A stretch of DNA of 64,000 nt, from the NCBI GenBank assembly GCA_963833125.1, contig CAWHWX010000007.1:1-64000 (forward strand). Reading direction: 5' to 3'. The stretch is from Candidatus Bathyarchaeota archaeon. GTDB lineage: Archaea; Thermoproteota; Bathyarchaeia; 40CM-2-53-6. The stretch's first letter is position 1. The number at the start of each line of letters is the position of its first letter. This document shows, one piece after another, positions 43,319-53,197 of this stretch. The position numbers and the translations under genes are program-made. The notes under the pieces are model-generated. The model saw nothing but the letters and a program-made list of their open reading frames with translations. It was not told where the DNA came from and did no database searches.

Positions 43319-43466
43319 CCATTCCAACTCAATCTTATGAACGAATTCGAGCAAAACAAGGAAACTGCTAGATATACATTGAGTTTTCAGTACAAGCGCT
43401 CGCACACCCCGCCAGTCCGATCCGGGGTTAGAAGGCGAATTTCGGGCCAAATTTGATTGAATCTGC

Positions 43467-43766
43467 CTATTGCTTCCGTCGTTTCCAAATTAGCACAGCT
43501 ACAACAACTGCAGCTACAACCAGAATAAGCGACCCAATCACAAGCAACATTGTCGCCGGTTTGGAGGCTGGAGGAGACGAGATTGGAGGCAACGGCATGT
43601 AAATTGATGAGCTAGCCAGAGAAGTGCTAGTTGCAGTCGTGGCACTAAAAGTGCCGTTAGACCCGAAGAGATATGCTAGGAGGATTAGAAGACAAACGCC
43701 GGCCGCGATTATTACCCATCTTCGAAGACGCTCGCCTCGCAAGCTTAGCAACGGCTTCCTACTCAC
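43467..43766 (-). CDS. Small two-TM protein with Ser/Thr/Pro linker
   Basis: Two hydrophobic helices, WKRRKQ end; GTG start behind AGGAG. Confidence 0.55.
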   Translation of the reverse strand: MSRKPLLSLRGERLRRWVIIAAGVCLLILLAYLFGSNGTFSATTATSTSLASSSIYMPLPPISSPPASKPATMLLVIGSLILVVAAVVVAVLIWKRRKQ

Positions 43767-43877
43767 TTCGGAAACTCCTATGGCCAACCGACCAAAGTGG
43801 GGCAGAGTTGATTGTGCGACATGCGAGCGCAAACCAGTCCCAACGGGGTCAGGTACGAAGCGTTTCGGTGGGACTGC

Positions 43878-44567
43878 CTATTTTAGTATCTTTGTTTGAA
43901 TTGTACCCTGAGTAATCTTTCCAAGCCTTTCGACGAACGGCCCGTAAAGTCCCGCAGGCATCTCGACCACGGCAACCAGTGCTCCATCGGCCTGCCATTC
44001 CTCCCTGCTAATCGTTCCATAGCCCTTCACAGCACCGTACCCTTTCGGCGCAAACTCTGCCAGTATCTTTATCGCCACACGCATTTGTTCCATTTTTATC
44101 GGTATAAGGGCCCTGAGTTCGTCTATCACATCCTTCGACTGCTCGTCGGCATTTTTGAAAGGGTCAATGGAATACTTGATCTGATTCATTGCCTGTTCGA
44201 TGCGCATAGGTGGGTGTGGCGTTCCGGTTCTCGGGTCGATGCAGTTTCTGGCGATAAAAGCAACGATCTGCTTGCGCTTGTCTTCTACTAGTTGACGCCT
44301 CTGGTCGGTGGTAAGTTGTAGTTCGCCATGTTTCATTATCTCTTCGGCTATCGCTACTGGGTCTTCGGTGCCGAAGGCTTTTTGGAGCTTTTCAGCAGAC
44401 GCGTGAGTCCCTTTCCCCGCGTCGGTGTAAACTTCGTCTATGACTAAGATCTGCGATATGCCTAGTTGCTTGCCCATCTTGAATTCTAAGGCAGGGTCTG
44501 GTTTAACCAGGATTTCGAATTTTTCGCCGCTTTTTGAGATTCGCGCCGTGGTGAATTTTTCACTCAT
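43878..44567 (-). CDS. Ribosome assembly factor SBDS
   Basis: GEKFEILV, AFGTED, GELQLTTDQRR, PHPPMRIE. Confidence 0.95.
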   Translation of the reverse strand: MSEKFTTARISKSGEKFEILVKPDPALEFKMGKQLGISQILVIDEVYTDAGKGTHASAEKLQKAFGTEDPVAIAEEIMKHGELQLTTDQRRQLVEDKRKQIVAFIARNCIDPRTGTPHPPMRIEQAMNQIKYSIDPFKNADEQSKDVIDELRALIPIKMEQMRVAIKILAEFAPKGYGAVKGYGTISREEWQADGALVAVVEMPAGLYGPFVERLGKITQGTIQTKILK

Positions 44568-45310
44568 CGGCTAGCGGCCTTTTTCGTCGAATCAAGCCGT
44601 TTGATATATTTGTCCACATCTTCCTGGGAGACTTTGCTGAACTTCTTAGTAGCGGCGGATACAGTTGCAATTCTGATCTTCTGCGCATCTAACTTGTCTT
44701 CCAACACCTTGCTCATGCATTTCAAAGAAAGCAGTACAGCATCGTCAAGCGTCATAGTATCTTTGTAGTCTGCTTCCAGTATTTCGTTCGCAGCATCGCC
44801 CCCTGCACCGATCGCCCAAGCTTTGTAGGCGAGAAAGGCACCGCTGGGGTCCGTCCAAAACAATCTGCTACCTTTCCGATCCAAACCGCCAAACAGCATC
44901 GATATTCCGAAAGGACGTACGCCGGCATGCTGAGTGTAAAGTTGCTTAATCTCTCCAATTCTTCTCGTTAGAATTTCCACGTCAATGGGTTCGTCGTAAA
45001 GGAGTCGGTTCGATTGAGCGTAAACGCACGCTTGGTCGACTAGGATGTGAGCGTCGCAGCTCAATCCGGCGACGGCAGCGCCAACGTGCTCATCAATTTG
45101 AAATATCTTCCACATGAATGTGGGATCTTGAAGTTTAGAGGTGGCACGCTCCTCAGCGGCCAGGACAACGCCGTCCGGGCATGCGATGCCGAGCACAGTA
45201 GCTCCTCTCTTCACAGTCTCGGAGGCGTACTCAACTTGGAATAGGCGCCCGTCGGGCGAGAAAACTGTGATCGCACGGTCGTAAGCACCAGGAACTGCGA
45301 ACATTGACAA
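44564..45310 (-). CDS. psmA: Proteasome alpha subunit
   Basis: YDRAITVFSPDGRLFQVEYA, RPFG, TDPSG. Confidence 0.96.
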   Translation of the reverse strand: MSMFAVPGAYDRAITVFSPDGRLFQVEYASETVKRGATVLGIACPDGVVLAAEERATSKLQDPTFMWKIFQIDEHVGAAVAGLSCDAHILVDQACVYAQSNRLLYDEPIDVEILTRRIGEIKQLYTQHAGVRPFGISMLFGGLDRKGSRLFWTDPSGAFLAYKAWAIGAGGDAANEILEADYKDTMTLDDAVLLSLKCMSKVLEDKLDAQKIRIATVSAATKKFSKVSQEDVDKYIKRLDSTKKAASR

Positions 45311-45466
45311 TTCAAATTCACCTGTAACGAAATTCAGCCACTTGAGTAGGATTCCCTAATTAAACCCTTTACTCCGGGAAATATTGTGACCAGATCCACA
45401 ATCACCAAGTCACGACAAACGTGCTAACCTCATATCGCCTGCAAATAATCTCGAACATGTAGTTGT

Positions 45467-45538
45467 GGGGTCAGCCCGTCGCTGAGGTCGTCATATCTTC
45501 AGCAAAGAGATCTGACTGGGACTGGCTTCTTCATCCCC
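45467..45538 (-). ncRNA. Box C/D 2'-O-methylation guide sRNA (D guide matches the 16S 1400 region)
   Basis: Minus strand: GGGG AUGAAGA agccagucccagu CAGA [spacer] AUGACGA ccucagcgacggg CUGA CCCC; terminal stem, two 13-nt guides, intergenic. Confidence 0.82.
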
Positions 45539-45570
45539 TCAATCACAGCACAGCCGCTTCATGAAAAACG

Positions 45571-45879
45571 TTACCTAACCTTTCGTTTTCGTAATCCCTT
45601 GATAGTTCCAGAGACGGCTATCACCAAGACAGCCATAGTGATCCCACCGCTGTCAGTCATGAGTGCTAAAGCAGATTCAAGTTCCTTGATTGCGCTTCTT
45701 TCACAGGAAACGATGCTGGTCGAAGCGCTTTGATTGAACCTTATGATCTTGGGATCAATACGAGCGAAGCCGATCTCCCCAAAATGCGTACGAACAGACG
45801 AGTTCAATGCGTCACGGAACTCCTGGTCAGTAAGCTCCCTGCTGTAAACGATTTTTGTGAGTACGTAGCGTCGAGTCAT
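45571..45879 (-). CDS. rnp2: RNase P protein Pop5/Rnp2
   Basis: RRYV, FGEIG, VSGTIK. Confidence 0.85.
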   Translation of the reverse strand: MTRRYVLTKIVYSRELTDQEFRDALNSSVRTHFGEIGFARIDPKIIRFNQSASTSIVSCERSAIKELESALALMTDSGGITMAVLVIAVSGTIKGLRKRKVR

Positions 45880-45885
45880 CGTAAT

Positions 45886-46602
45886 TCAGCGCGCCGATGA
45901 AACGATTATTCTCACGCCTTCTTCCACGTACTCGGGTTTTCGTTTCTTAACATTCTCAGCTATGATGGATGACGGCGTAGATGATATGCCGGCAGTCGAG
46001 GCTGTCTCTGAGAGGCCAAGCACTGAAGCGATTGCGCTTAATTGAAGCGGGGCCCTCACCATTTCAGCAGTTCTCGCTCCGCTCGATAATACGACGTCCA
46101 CGTTATGTTCCTGGGCGACCGCGATAGTCTTCCGCAATTTAGGGAGAATTCCACCGTCGGTTTGCGTGAGTAGGCTGGTGATTAAATTGATCTCCAGGGC
46201 GCCGTGCAGTAGACGTGCGAGGGAGTGACTGAAGCGGACATTGCGCGTAAGGGGATCAAAGAACACAACATCAACCCTTCGGTCTCTTGATGCAACCGTT
46301 GCAACACGGGCATTGGCACATTTTACGCCGACTATGTCGTAGGCGTTTCTGAATCTGCGTAGCGATCGAAGTAGCTCGGTTCTTGAGGGTGAACCTAAGT
46401 CTATCCGCATCGCAGTGGCAATTCCTTGATCTTCGAAGGTTTGCCGGATGGAATTGACACGGTCAGGTAGAAGACCAGTCGGGATTGTGAGTCCAACAGT
46501 AGAGTAGCCAGCCGTCCTCAGGATGTGAGCCATCTGCGTGCACGCGTTTGCGTCATCAACTTTGGGAAAGATATGGAGGTCTACAAACTTCGACAGTTTC
46601 AT
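45886..46602 (-). CDS. rnp3: RNase P protein Rpp30/Rnp3
   Basis: FVDLH, DRRVDV, ALEIN, LSSGA...RAP. Confidence 0.87.
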   Translation of the reverse strand: MKLSKFVDLHIFPKVDDANACTQMAHILRTAGYSTVGLTIPTGLLPDRVNSIRQTFEDQGIATAMRIDLGSPSRTELLRSLRRFRNAYDIVGVKCANARVATVASRDRRVDVVFFDPLTRNVRFSHSLARLLHGALEINLITSLLTQTDGGILPKLRKTIAVAQEHNVDVVLSSGARTAEMVRAPLQLSAIASVLGLSETASTAGISSTPSSIIAENVKKRKPEYVEEGVRIIVSSAR

Positions 46603-47045
46603 TCCGACTCCAAATATTTTGCCATCAGATCGGTGGGTTGATCAGTGAACCTCGTAAATTTCAATCGCACTCTGATCGGGTCCTCTTCTCCTAGTTGGAT
46701 GATTCCGAGAAAAGTTCGTTGCTTGTCTATGCGAATGTAAAGATTCCCGTCATCGTCAGAATACAGGCTTAGGTCTCGCCGAATTGCGAGTTTGTCCCTG
46801 GTCGTGAGTTGGCTTAAGAAGAATGTTGTGAACTCCTCAACTTCCGACGGCTTCGTAAGGCGAGCTTCAAAAGTGACGATGGGATTCCCATAGTGACCCA
46901 ACATGTACTTTCGCGTAAACTGCTGCCGGCCTTTCAACCCATCTGGGATCAGGCGCGTCAAGGCTGCCTGAACTTTATCCAAGTCGTCCGTCGCATGTGC
47001 GATGGTGCTGATCTCAACAGTTTGAATAGTCTGCCCCGACTTCAA
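46599..47045 (-). CDS. RNA-binding protein (DUF54 family)
   Basis: HATDD..KV, GHYGNPI, LYIRIDKQ; conserved superoperon position. Confidence 0.82.
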   Translation of the reverse strand: MKSGQTIQTVEISTIAHATDDLDKVQAALTRLIPDGLKGRQQFTRKYMLGHYGNPIVTFEARLTKPSEVEEFTTFFLSQLTTRDKLAIRRDLSLYSDDDGNLYIRIDKQRTFLGIIQLGEEDPIRVRLKFTRFTDQPTDLMAKYLESE

Positions 47046-47111
47046 TAATACTCACACGACCATCTGTTCGCTTATTTGGGACGGGGAGAAGATAAAGCCG
47101 AGGATTGAACC

Positions 47112-47474
47112 ACGAGCGGATTCAGGTACAAGCTAGCAGTTGCTGTTAGGCGCGATCTAGACATGGGCAAAGGGAAGATCGCGGTCCAAGTAAGCCACGC
47201 GTCGGTCACCGCGGCCGAGGAAACTAGGAAGCGACGTCCGGAATGGTGGAAGCAATGGTACGAAGAGGGGCAACGTAAGATAGTGGTCAAAGTGAATTCC
47301 GAGAGCGATCTCGACCATCTAAGACGTGACGCCGAGGAGTTAGGATTGGTAGCGACAATTATTCACGACAGCGGCCTAACCCAAGTAGATCCGGGGACGC
47401 CGACCTGCGTTGGCATTGGTCCGGCACCTGCAGAACTCGTCGACAAAATCACCGGTGAACTACCTTTACTGTGA
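47112..47474 (+). CDS. pth2: Peptidyl-tRNA hydrolase Pth2
   Basis: RRDLDMGKGKIAVQVSHA, GQRKIVVK, DSGLTQV.PGT.TCVGIGP. Confidence 0.94.
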   Translation, partial: TSGFRYKLAVAVRRDLDMGKGKIAVQVSHASVTAAEETRKRRPEWWKQWYEEGQRKIVVKVNSESDLDHLRRDAEELGLVATIIHDSGLTQVDPGTPTCVGIGPAPAELVDKITGELPLL

Positions 47475-47604
47475 AACTTATGGGGGTAGATCAGCAAAGA
47501 ATGGTTGTCCAGCTTATGGACAGATGTTCGCAACTCTGAAGTTCAAAGAGAAACTCGTGGACGCCACGATGGCGACTCTATCTCTTGAACTCGGTCTAGA
47601 ACGC

Positions 47605-48036
47605 TTAAGATTCCCTCGAGACGGGGTTGTGTGGGTCGCGCATAATTGTTTCGTACCAATGGTGCATGCCGTCCTCCCACACGTAGTATGAGTTGAGTAC
47701 TCGAAGATTTGGATATCTCTTTCGTGCCTTCTCTTCGGCTATGTTCTTCAAGCTGGCCGCGCGGGTGAATCGGGTGACGCCCAAGGCTTTTGGTCTACGC
47801 CCCGATCTGGGTCACGGTTTGCGTGCACCACCCTTTCTTATCCTAACCCGAACTACCACGTAACCTTGTTTTGCCTTGTAACCTAATGACCTTGCCCGAT
47901 CAAGTCTAGTCGGATGCTCGACTCTGTGAACGGTCGGCTCGCGCCGCCACTTGATTGCGATTTGACGAAGGTAAAGCTGTAGATCACCTTTTTCTCGTCC
48001 CAACCATGTTTGAGTTAGATATTTCTGGGCGCCCAT
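47605..48036 (-). CDS. rpl15e: 50S ribosomal protein eL15, one internal frameshift, short C-terminus
   Basis: [36 protein letters not shown]. Confidence 0.92.
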
Positions 48037-48163
48037 TGGAATTTTCGACCTCAACCGACATTTGCAAAGCTTAAGACAAATGACACGTCTCTAAACTTCA
48101 GGCAGTGTGAAAAGTCGCGCTGCTATTTAAGCGGCTTGCAGTCAAGTAAGTGATCTCAAAACC

Positions 48164-49496
48164 ATGACAACGGACGAGGAGTCTCTTAGGAGGGCGTACC
48201 TTCCAGCTCAACTTGCGTTAAAGTACCATCCATTCTATCGTGGAAAAATCGAGATCGTGCCTAAGTGTCCAATTCGTTCTTTCGAGGATTTCGCGATTTG
48301 GTACACTCCTGGGGTTGCTGAAGCCTGTGAAACTATCAAGGCCAGACCCGAGGCAGTCTTCGAGAATACGAACAAGTGGAATACGATAGCGATTGTTACC
48401 GACGGTTCCCGCGTCTTAGGCCTCGGTGACATCGGCCCCGAAGCGGGCCTCCCAGTGATGGAGGGAAAGGCGCTGCTCTACAAGTACTTGGGCGGCATAG
48501 ACGCATTCCCAATATGCCTTGGCACAAAGAAAGCGGAGGAAATTATTTCTGCGGTAAATTGGATTCAACCATCGTTCGCAGGAATAAACCTTGAAGATAT
48601 AGCCCAGCCGAAATGCTTCGAAATTCTAGATACTCTCCAAAAACAGCTAACCATTCCTGTCTGGCATGACGACCAACAAGGGACAGCGACGGTAGTACTG
48701 GCTGGGTTCATTAACGCTCTCAAAGTGGTCGGAAAGAAAGTATCAGATGTCAGAATCTCCATGGTTGGAGCGGGAGCAGCTAACGTCGCATTGGCGCGCT
48801 TACTCATTCTCTCTGGTGCAAAGCCCGGAAATATGATTCTCGTGGATAGTAAGGGCACATTGCACCGAAATAGAAAGGACCTACAAAACACTCCTAAGAA
48901 ATGGAAACTCTGTCAAGAAACAAACGCTGAGGGACGTGAAGGGGGCATCGAAGCCTCCATGGATGGAGCTGATGCGTGCATCGCTTTGTCGACACCCGGG
49001 CCAGGCGTGATAACCAAAGACTTTGTCTCCAAAATGGCTGATAGGGCCATAGTCTTCGCATGCGCCAACCCGATACCTGAGATTTGGCCATGGGAGGCAG
49101 AAGAGGGCGGTGCATCAGTCGTCGCCACTGGACGTTCTGACTTCGCAAACCAATTGAACAATTCGCTAGGGTTTCCTGGGATCTTCAGAGGAACAATTGA
49201 CGTTCGTGCACGAACTATTACTGACGAGATGTGTCTAGCAGCGGCGGCTGAACTTGCTAAACTTGCTGAGGAGCGTGGACTCTCTGCAAAGAATATCATC
49301 CCGACAATGGATGATTGGGAAGTTTTTCCGCGTGAGGCCACAGCCGTGGCTGAAAAGGCGGTCGAGCAAGGGGTTGCTAGACTGAAGAAGACACGGCAGG
49401 AAGTTTACGAGAGTGCCCAGATCCATTATCAAGCGAGCTCGGGAACAAACGAGGTATATGATGCGTGGCGGATTTATCCAGGACTTTCCCACTTGA
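48164..49496 (+). CDS. NAD(P)-dependent malic enzyme, frameshifted near the C-terminus
   Basis: YTPGVA, VTDGSRVLGLGDIG, INLEDI, HDDQQGTA, GAGAA, ANPIPEI. Confidence 0.93.
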
Positions 49497-49587
49497 ATCG
49501 AGACCTTTCGCTAGGATATTCAAGACTGGACTTGAACAGTCAGGCTTTAATCACGAATTCCTTTGCGCACGATCTTGAGCTCATAAA

Positions 49588-50271
49588 ATGGCTGATCGTA
49601 CTATTGCTGTGATAGGTGGAACCGGAGATCAAGGATTCGGCTTAGTCCTTCGTTGGGCTAAAGCAGGCGAAAAAGTGATCATAGGATCGAGGCAGTTACA
49701 AAAAGCTGAAGATGCTGCCAAGAAAGCCAGAGACATTCTGGGGGGAAACGTGGACGTTTCAGGACTGGAGAACCCTAAGGCCGCAGCTGCTGCCGACATT
49801 ATCGTTATGTCGGTTCCGTTCGCTGCCCATGTTGACATGATCAAATCCGTCCACGACAGCGTTCAACCAGACGACATCTTCGTCGATGTCGTAGTTCCAC
49901 TCTCGACAGCAGTTGGAGGGTCTGCATCCACCGCTTTAGCGGTTTGGGAGGGTTCAGCGGCACAACAGGCCGCAAGATTACTTCCTCCTCACACGAAGGT
50001 TGCGTCGGCATTCCACAATGTCGTGGCCGAAGCCCTTCAAGACGTCGGTAAGAATGTGGATTCAGACGTCATTGTTTGTGGCGACTCCCAGGAGACCCGA
50101 AGGGAAGTAATGGACCTCGCAAAGAAGATACCTGGTGTTAGGGCCATTGATGGGGGACGCTTGGAGAACTCACGGATTGTCGAACAGATCACAGCCCTCC
50201 TAATTGGAATAAACATTCGGTACAAGGTAAACGCAGCCGGAATACGAATTACTGGGATCATGCCCAGCTAG
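49588..50271 (+). CDS. npdG: NADPH-dependent F420 reductase
   Basis: GGTGDQGFGL, IGSR, GSAAQ, SAFHNV, DGGRLENS. Confidence 0.92.
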   Translation: MADRTIAVIGGTGDQGFGLVLRWAKAGEKVIIGSRQLQKAEDAAKKARDILGGNVDVSGLENPKAAAAADIIVMSVPFAAHVDMIKSVHDSVQPDDIFVDVVVPLSTAVGGSASTALAVWEGSAAQQAARLLPPHTKVASAFHNVVAEALQDVGKNVDSDVIVCGDSQETRREVMDLAKKIPGVRAIDGGRLENSRIVEQITALLIGINIRYKVNAAGIRITGIMPS

Positions 50272-50296
50272 AGTTGATGTTGTAGGAAATCACGAT

Positions 50297-51508
50297 TTGC
50301 CTCGAATAGTGGGTGTGGTTGGGAAACCTAACGTAGGAAAGAGCACATTCTTCAGCGCTGCAACTCTAGCCCACGTGGCAATCGCAAACTATCCCTTCAC
50401 GACGATCAAACCGAATATTGGAATGGGATACGTTCGAACGCCCTGTGTCTGTCGGGAGTTCAATGTCATTGACTCACCGGGAAATTCCACGTGCATCAAT
50501 GGCATAAGACTAGTGCCGGTTGAGATAGTTGACTGTGCAGGGCTTGTTCCTGGCGCATGGCAGGGCCGAGGTCTCGGAAACCAATTTCTAGACGAGATAC
50601 GACAGGCCGACGCACTCATCCACATTGTCGATGCATCAGGGTCAACAGATTCTGAAGGTAAACCATGCGACGCGGGCTCGCACGACCCCCGTGAAGATGT
50701 CCGATTTCTCGAGCATGAATTGGACATGTGGCTTCTACAGATCATTAAGAAGGAATGGGACCGCGCCATTCGAAGGGTCGAAGGTGCTAAAGACGACCTC
50801 CTCGTAATTCTAGAGGAGAAACTAAGCGGCCTTGGAATACGTAAGGATCACTTGATCTCGGCGAAAACGAAAGTTGGTCTGAATTTCGAGAAACCCAGTT
50901 CTTGGTCCGATGACGATCTTCTGAAGTTGATCAGTGAACTGCGCAGCAAGTCGAAACCACTGATAATTGCAGCGAACAAAATGGATGTCCCACCCGCTGA
51001 GGAAAACCTGAAACTCTTAGGAGGTATTGGTCACTCGGTTGTACCGTGCAGTGCGGAAGCCGAGCTAGCTCTGAGACGAGCTGCCGAGAAGGGTATCGTG
51101 ACATATGTCCCTGGAGATAGCAACTTCAAGGTTGACGAAAAGACTCCACCCAACACAGATCAACTGGACGCTTTGAACCGTATCAAGGAGAAGGTACTCC
51201 TTCCATTTGGATCTACGGGCGTCCAGGAATCTCTCAACTTAGCTTTCTTCAAACTTCTCCAAATGATTACGGTATACCCTGTCGAAGATCCTGAGAAATT
51301 AACGGACCATAAAGGCAGGGTTCTTCCTGACGCCTATCTAGTCCCTTACGGTACGACAGCGAAGCAATTTGCTTCAGTGATACATTCCGATCTGGCGACG
51401 GGTTTCCTTTATGCAACAGAGGTGAGGTCAAAGATGCGAGTCGCCGATGACTACGTACTGAAGGATAGAGATGTAATATCGATAACCAGCACGAAAAGAC
51501 ACGCCTAG
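50297..51508 (+). CDS. ychF: YchF/Obg-family ATPase with TGS domain
   Basis: GKPNVGKST, NYPFTT, DCAGLV, ANKMD. Confidence 0.93.
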   Translation: MPRIVGVVGKPNVGKSTFFSAATLAHVAIANYPFTTIKPNIGMGYVRTPCVCREFNVIDSPGNSTCINGIRLVPVEIVDCAGLVPGAWQGRGLGNQFLDEIRQADALIHIVDASGSTDSEGKPCDAGSHDPREDVRFLEHELDMWLLQIIKKEWDRAIRRVEGAKDDLLVILEEKLSGLGIRKDHLISAKTKVGLNFEKPSSWSDDDLLKLISELRSKSKPLIIAANKMDVPPAEENLKLLGGIGHSVVPCSAEAELALRRAAEKGIVTYVPGDSNFKVDEKTPPNTDQLDALNRIKEKVLLPFGSTGVQESLNLAFFKLLQMITVYPVEDPEKLTDHKGRVLPDAYLVPYGTTAKQFASVIHSDLATGFLYATEVRSKMRVADDYVLKDRDVISITSTKRHA

Positions 51509-52803
51509 TCGTGAGTCTTTCTCATACGTCGTTTCTTGATCCTTCTGCTGATTAGAGTCTGTCTTACGAAAACCGCATGACCCGCTGGCACATCCTTGTA
51601 TATGGTCGTGCCTGGCCCAATGAGTGAAGAGGGACCGATTTTCACGCCCGGCATTATACTTGCATTGATTCCAGTTTGCGATTCGTCTCCCATTATGGTT
51701 CCCAGCTTCTTTCTCCCTGAGCTTAGCAATCGTCCCTTCACGTTCATATTGACCGGCTCTTGGTCCAGGCGTATGTTTGCCGTAATCGTTCCAGCGGCAA
51801 GGTTACAGTTGTCCCCAATTACGCTGTCGCCCACATAGGAAAGATGAGGGATTTTTGTACCATCCATGATTACACTATTCTTGACCTCGCAGGAAGTCCC
51901 GACAACCACATCTTTTCCGATGCTTGTGAAAGGACGGATTCTTGCATTTGGCCCCACCCTGCTTCTTTCGCCTATGTATACTGGCCCTTCAATGTAGCAT
52001 CCTGATTTGATCACAGCCGACTCTTCAAGCCAAACAGGCCCTTTCATCGCAGAACCCGGCTCTACAATCCCCCGCACTCGGGGCGTGAAATTCATTAGAG
52101 TTCGTTCATTCGCTTCGAGAAGATCCCAGGGTCTACCAACATCCATCCAATCTTCTCGATCGATTGTCGCGGCTTTGATCTCATGACCTTGATCGATTGA
52201 CCGTTGCAAAGAGGCGGTAAGTTCGTACTCATTCCTCTTCGATCGCGACGTCTCATCTATCGCACGGAATACTTGCTCGTCGAGAACGTATATCCCAGAA
52301 TTCACCCAAGCCTCAGCAGTATTTCTCAGAGGGGGTTTTTCTTGAATTTTCGCGACGCTATCTCCTTTCAGCTCGACTACACCGTATTCCGAGGGGTTTG
52401 GCATTTGTACGACTCCCATAACTCTTGAACATTCTCGAGACTTCTCAACGACTCCTCCAATGCTCGATGCGTTTACCCACAAGTCTCCGTATACGGTAAG
52501 GAATGGCTCGGTGCCGACAGCGTCTCGAGCTATTCTGAGGGCTGACGCCGTCCCTGTCCACTTGGGTTGATGCAGGTATTCGATGTTTACGCCATTGATG
52601 ACTCCGTCACCGAGAGCGTCCTGTATCAGCTCGCCCTTGAAGCCAACGACCATCACGACTTCCTTTATTCGGCTTTCCGCGATCGCTTTAAGAATAAATG
52701 AGATAATCGGCCGTCCTGCTATGGAGAGAAGATGCTTGGGTTTGGTTGTGGCAAGGGGCCACATTCGAGTTCCTTCTCCGGCCGCCAGAACAACCGCTTT
52801 CAC
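51505..52803 (-). CDS. glmU: Bifunctional sugar-1-phosphate nucleotidylyltransferase/acetyltransferase
   Basis: LAAGEGTRM..KPK, EKP, DVGRPWDLL, hexapeptide repeats, HLSYVGDS. Confidence 0.88.
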   Translation of the reverse strand: MKAVVLAAGEGTRMWPLATTKPKHLLSIAGRPIISFILKAIAESRIKEVVMVVGFKGELIQDALGDGVINGVNIEYLHQPKWTGTASALRIARDAVGTEPFLTVYGDLWVNASSIGGVVEKSRECSRVMGVVQMPNPSEYGVVELKGDSVAKIQEKPPLRNTAEAWVNSGIYVLDEQVFRAIDETSRSKRNEYELTASLQRSIDQGHEIKAATIDREDWMDVGRPWDLLEANERTLMNFTPRVRGIVEPGSAMKGPVWLEESAVIKSGCYIEGPVYIGERSRVGPNARIRPFTSIGKDVVVGTSCEVKNSVIMDGTKIPHLSYVGDSVIGDNCNLAAGTITANIRLDQEPVNMNVKGRLLSSGRKKLGTIMGDESQTGINASIMPGVKIGPSSLIGPGTTIYKDVPAGHAVFVRQTLISRRIKKRRMRKTHD

Positions 52804-52914
52804 ATTCTTTCACCGATTTGTGGGATCAACACCGCCGTTGCTCGTAATTGTATTGCTGACCGTTTTAAATGGGAGTATGTATGGCAAGTGTCCCCTGGAT
52901 GTCGTGGGTTAGGC

Positions 52915-53187
52915 ATGGCCTTTGATGTTCTCTCTTTCCTTGCCGGGATCACGGCAGGCGGCCTTACGGGAGCACTTGCAGGTACGCTTTACAGCCTTGA
53001 GAAGACAGCGGATCTCCAGGAACGCGTGCGACACTTGGCTCGGCAGATCGACACTCTCGGTGTTAACTTATCTTCGCCTAATGGCTCGAAAGTGCCAGAT
53101 TCAAAAACCAATGAAAAGGAGCTTCGTCGTGAACTAGACGTGATTCATGAGGAAATCAGGAGAATGTACAAGCGCTCGTCGCATTGA
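52915..53187 (+). CDS. Hypothetical small protein (Gly-rich TM plus coiled coil)
   Basis: FLAGITAGGLTGALAG followed by a heptad-like region. Confidence 0.55.
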   Translation: MAFDVLSFLAGITAGGLTGALAGTLYSLEKTADLQERVRHLARQIDTLGVNLSSPNGSKVPDSKTNEKELRRELDVIHEEIRRMYKRSSH

Positions 53188-53197
53188 TCGAATTGGA

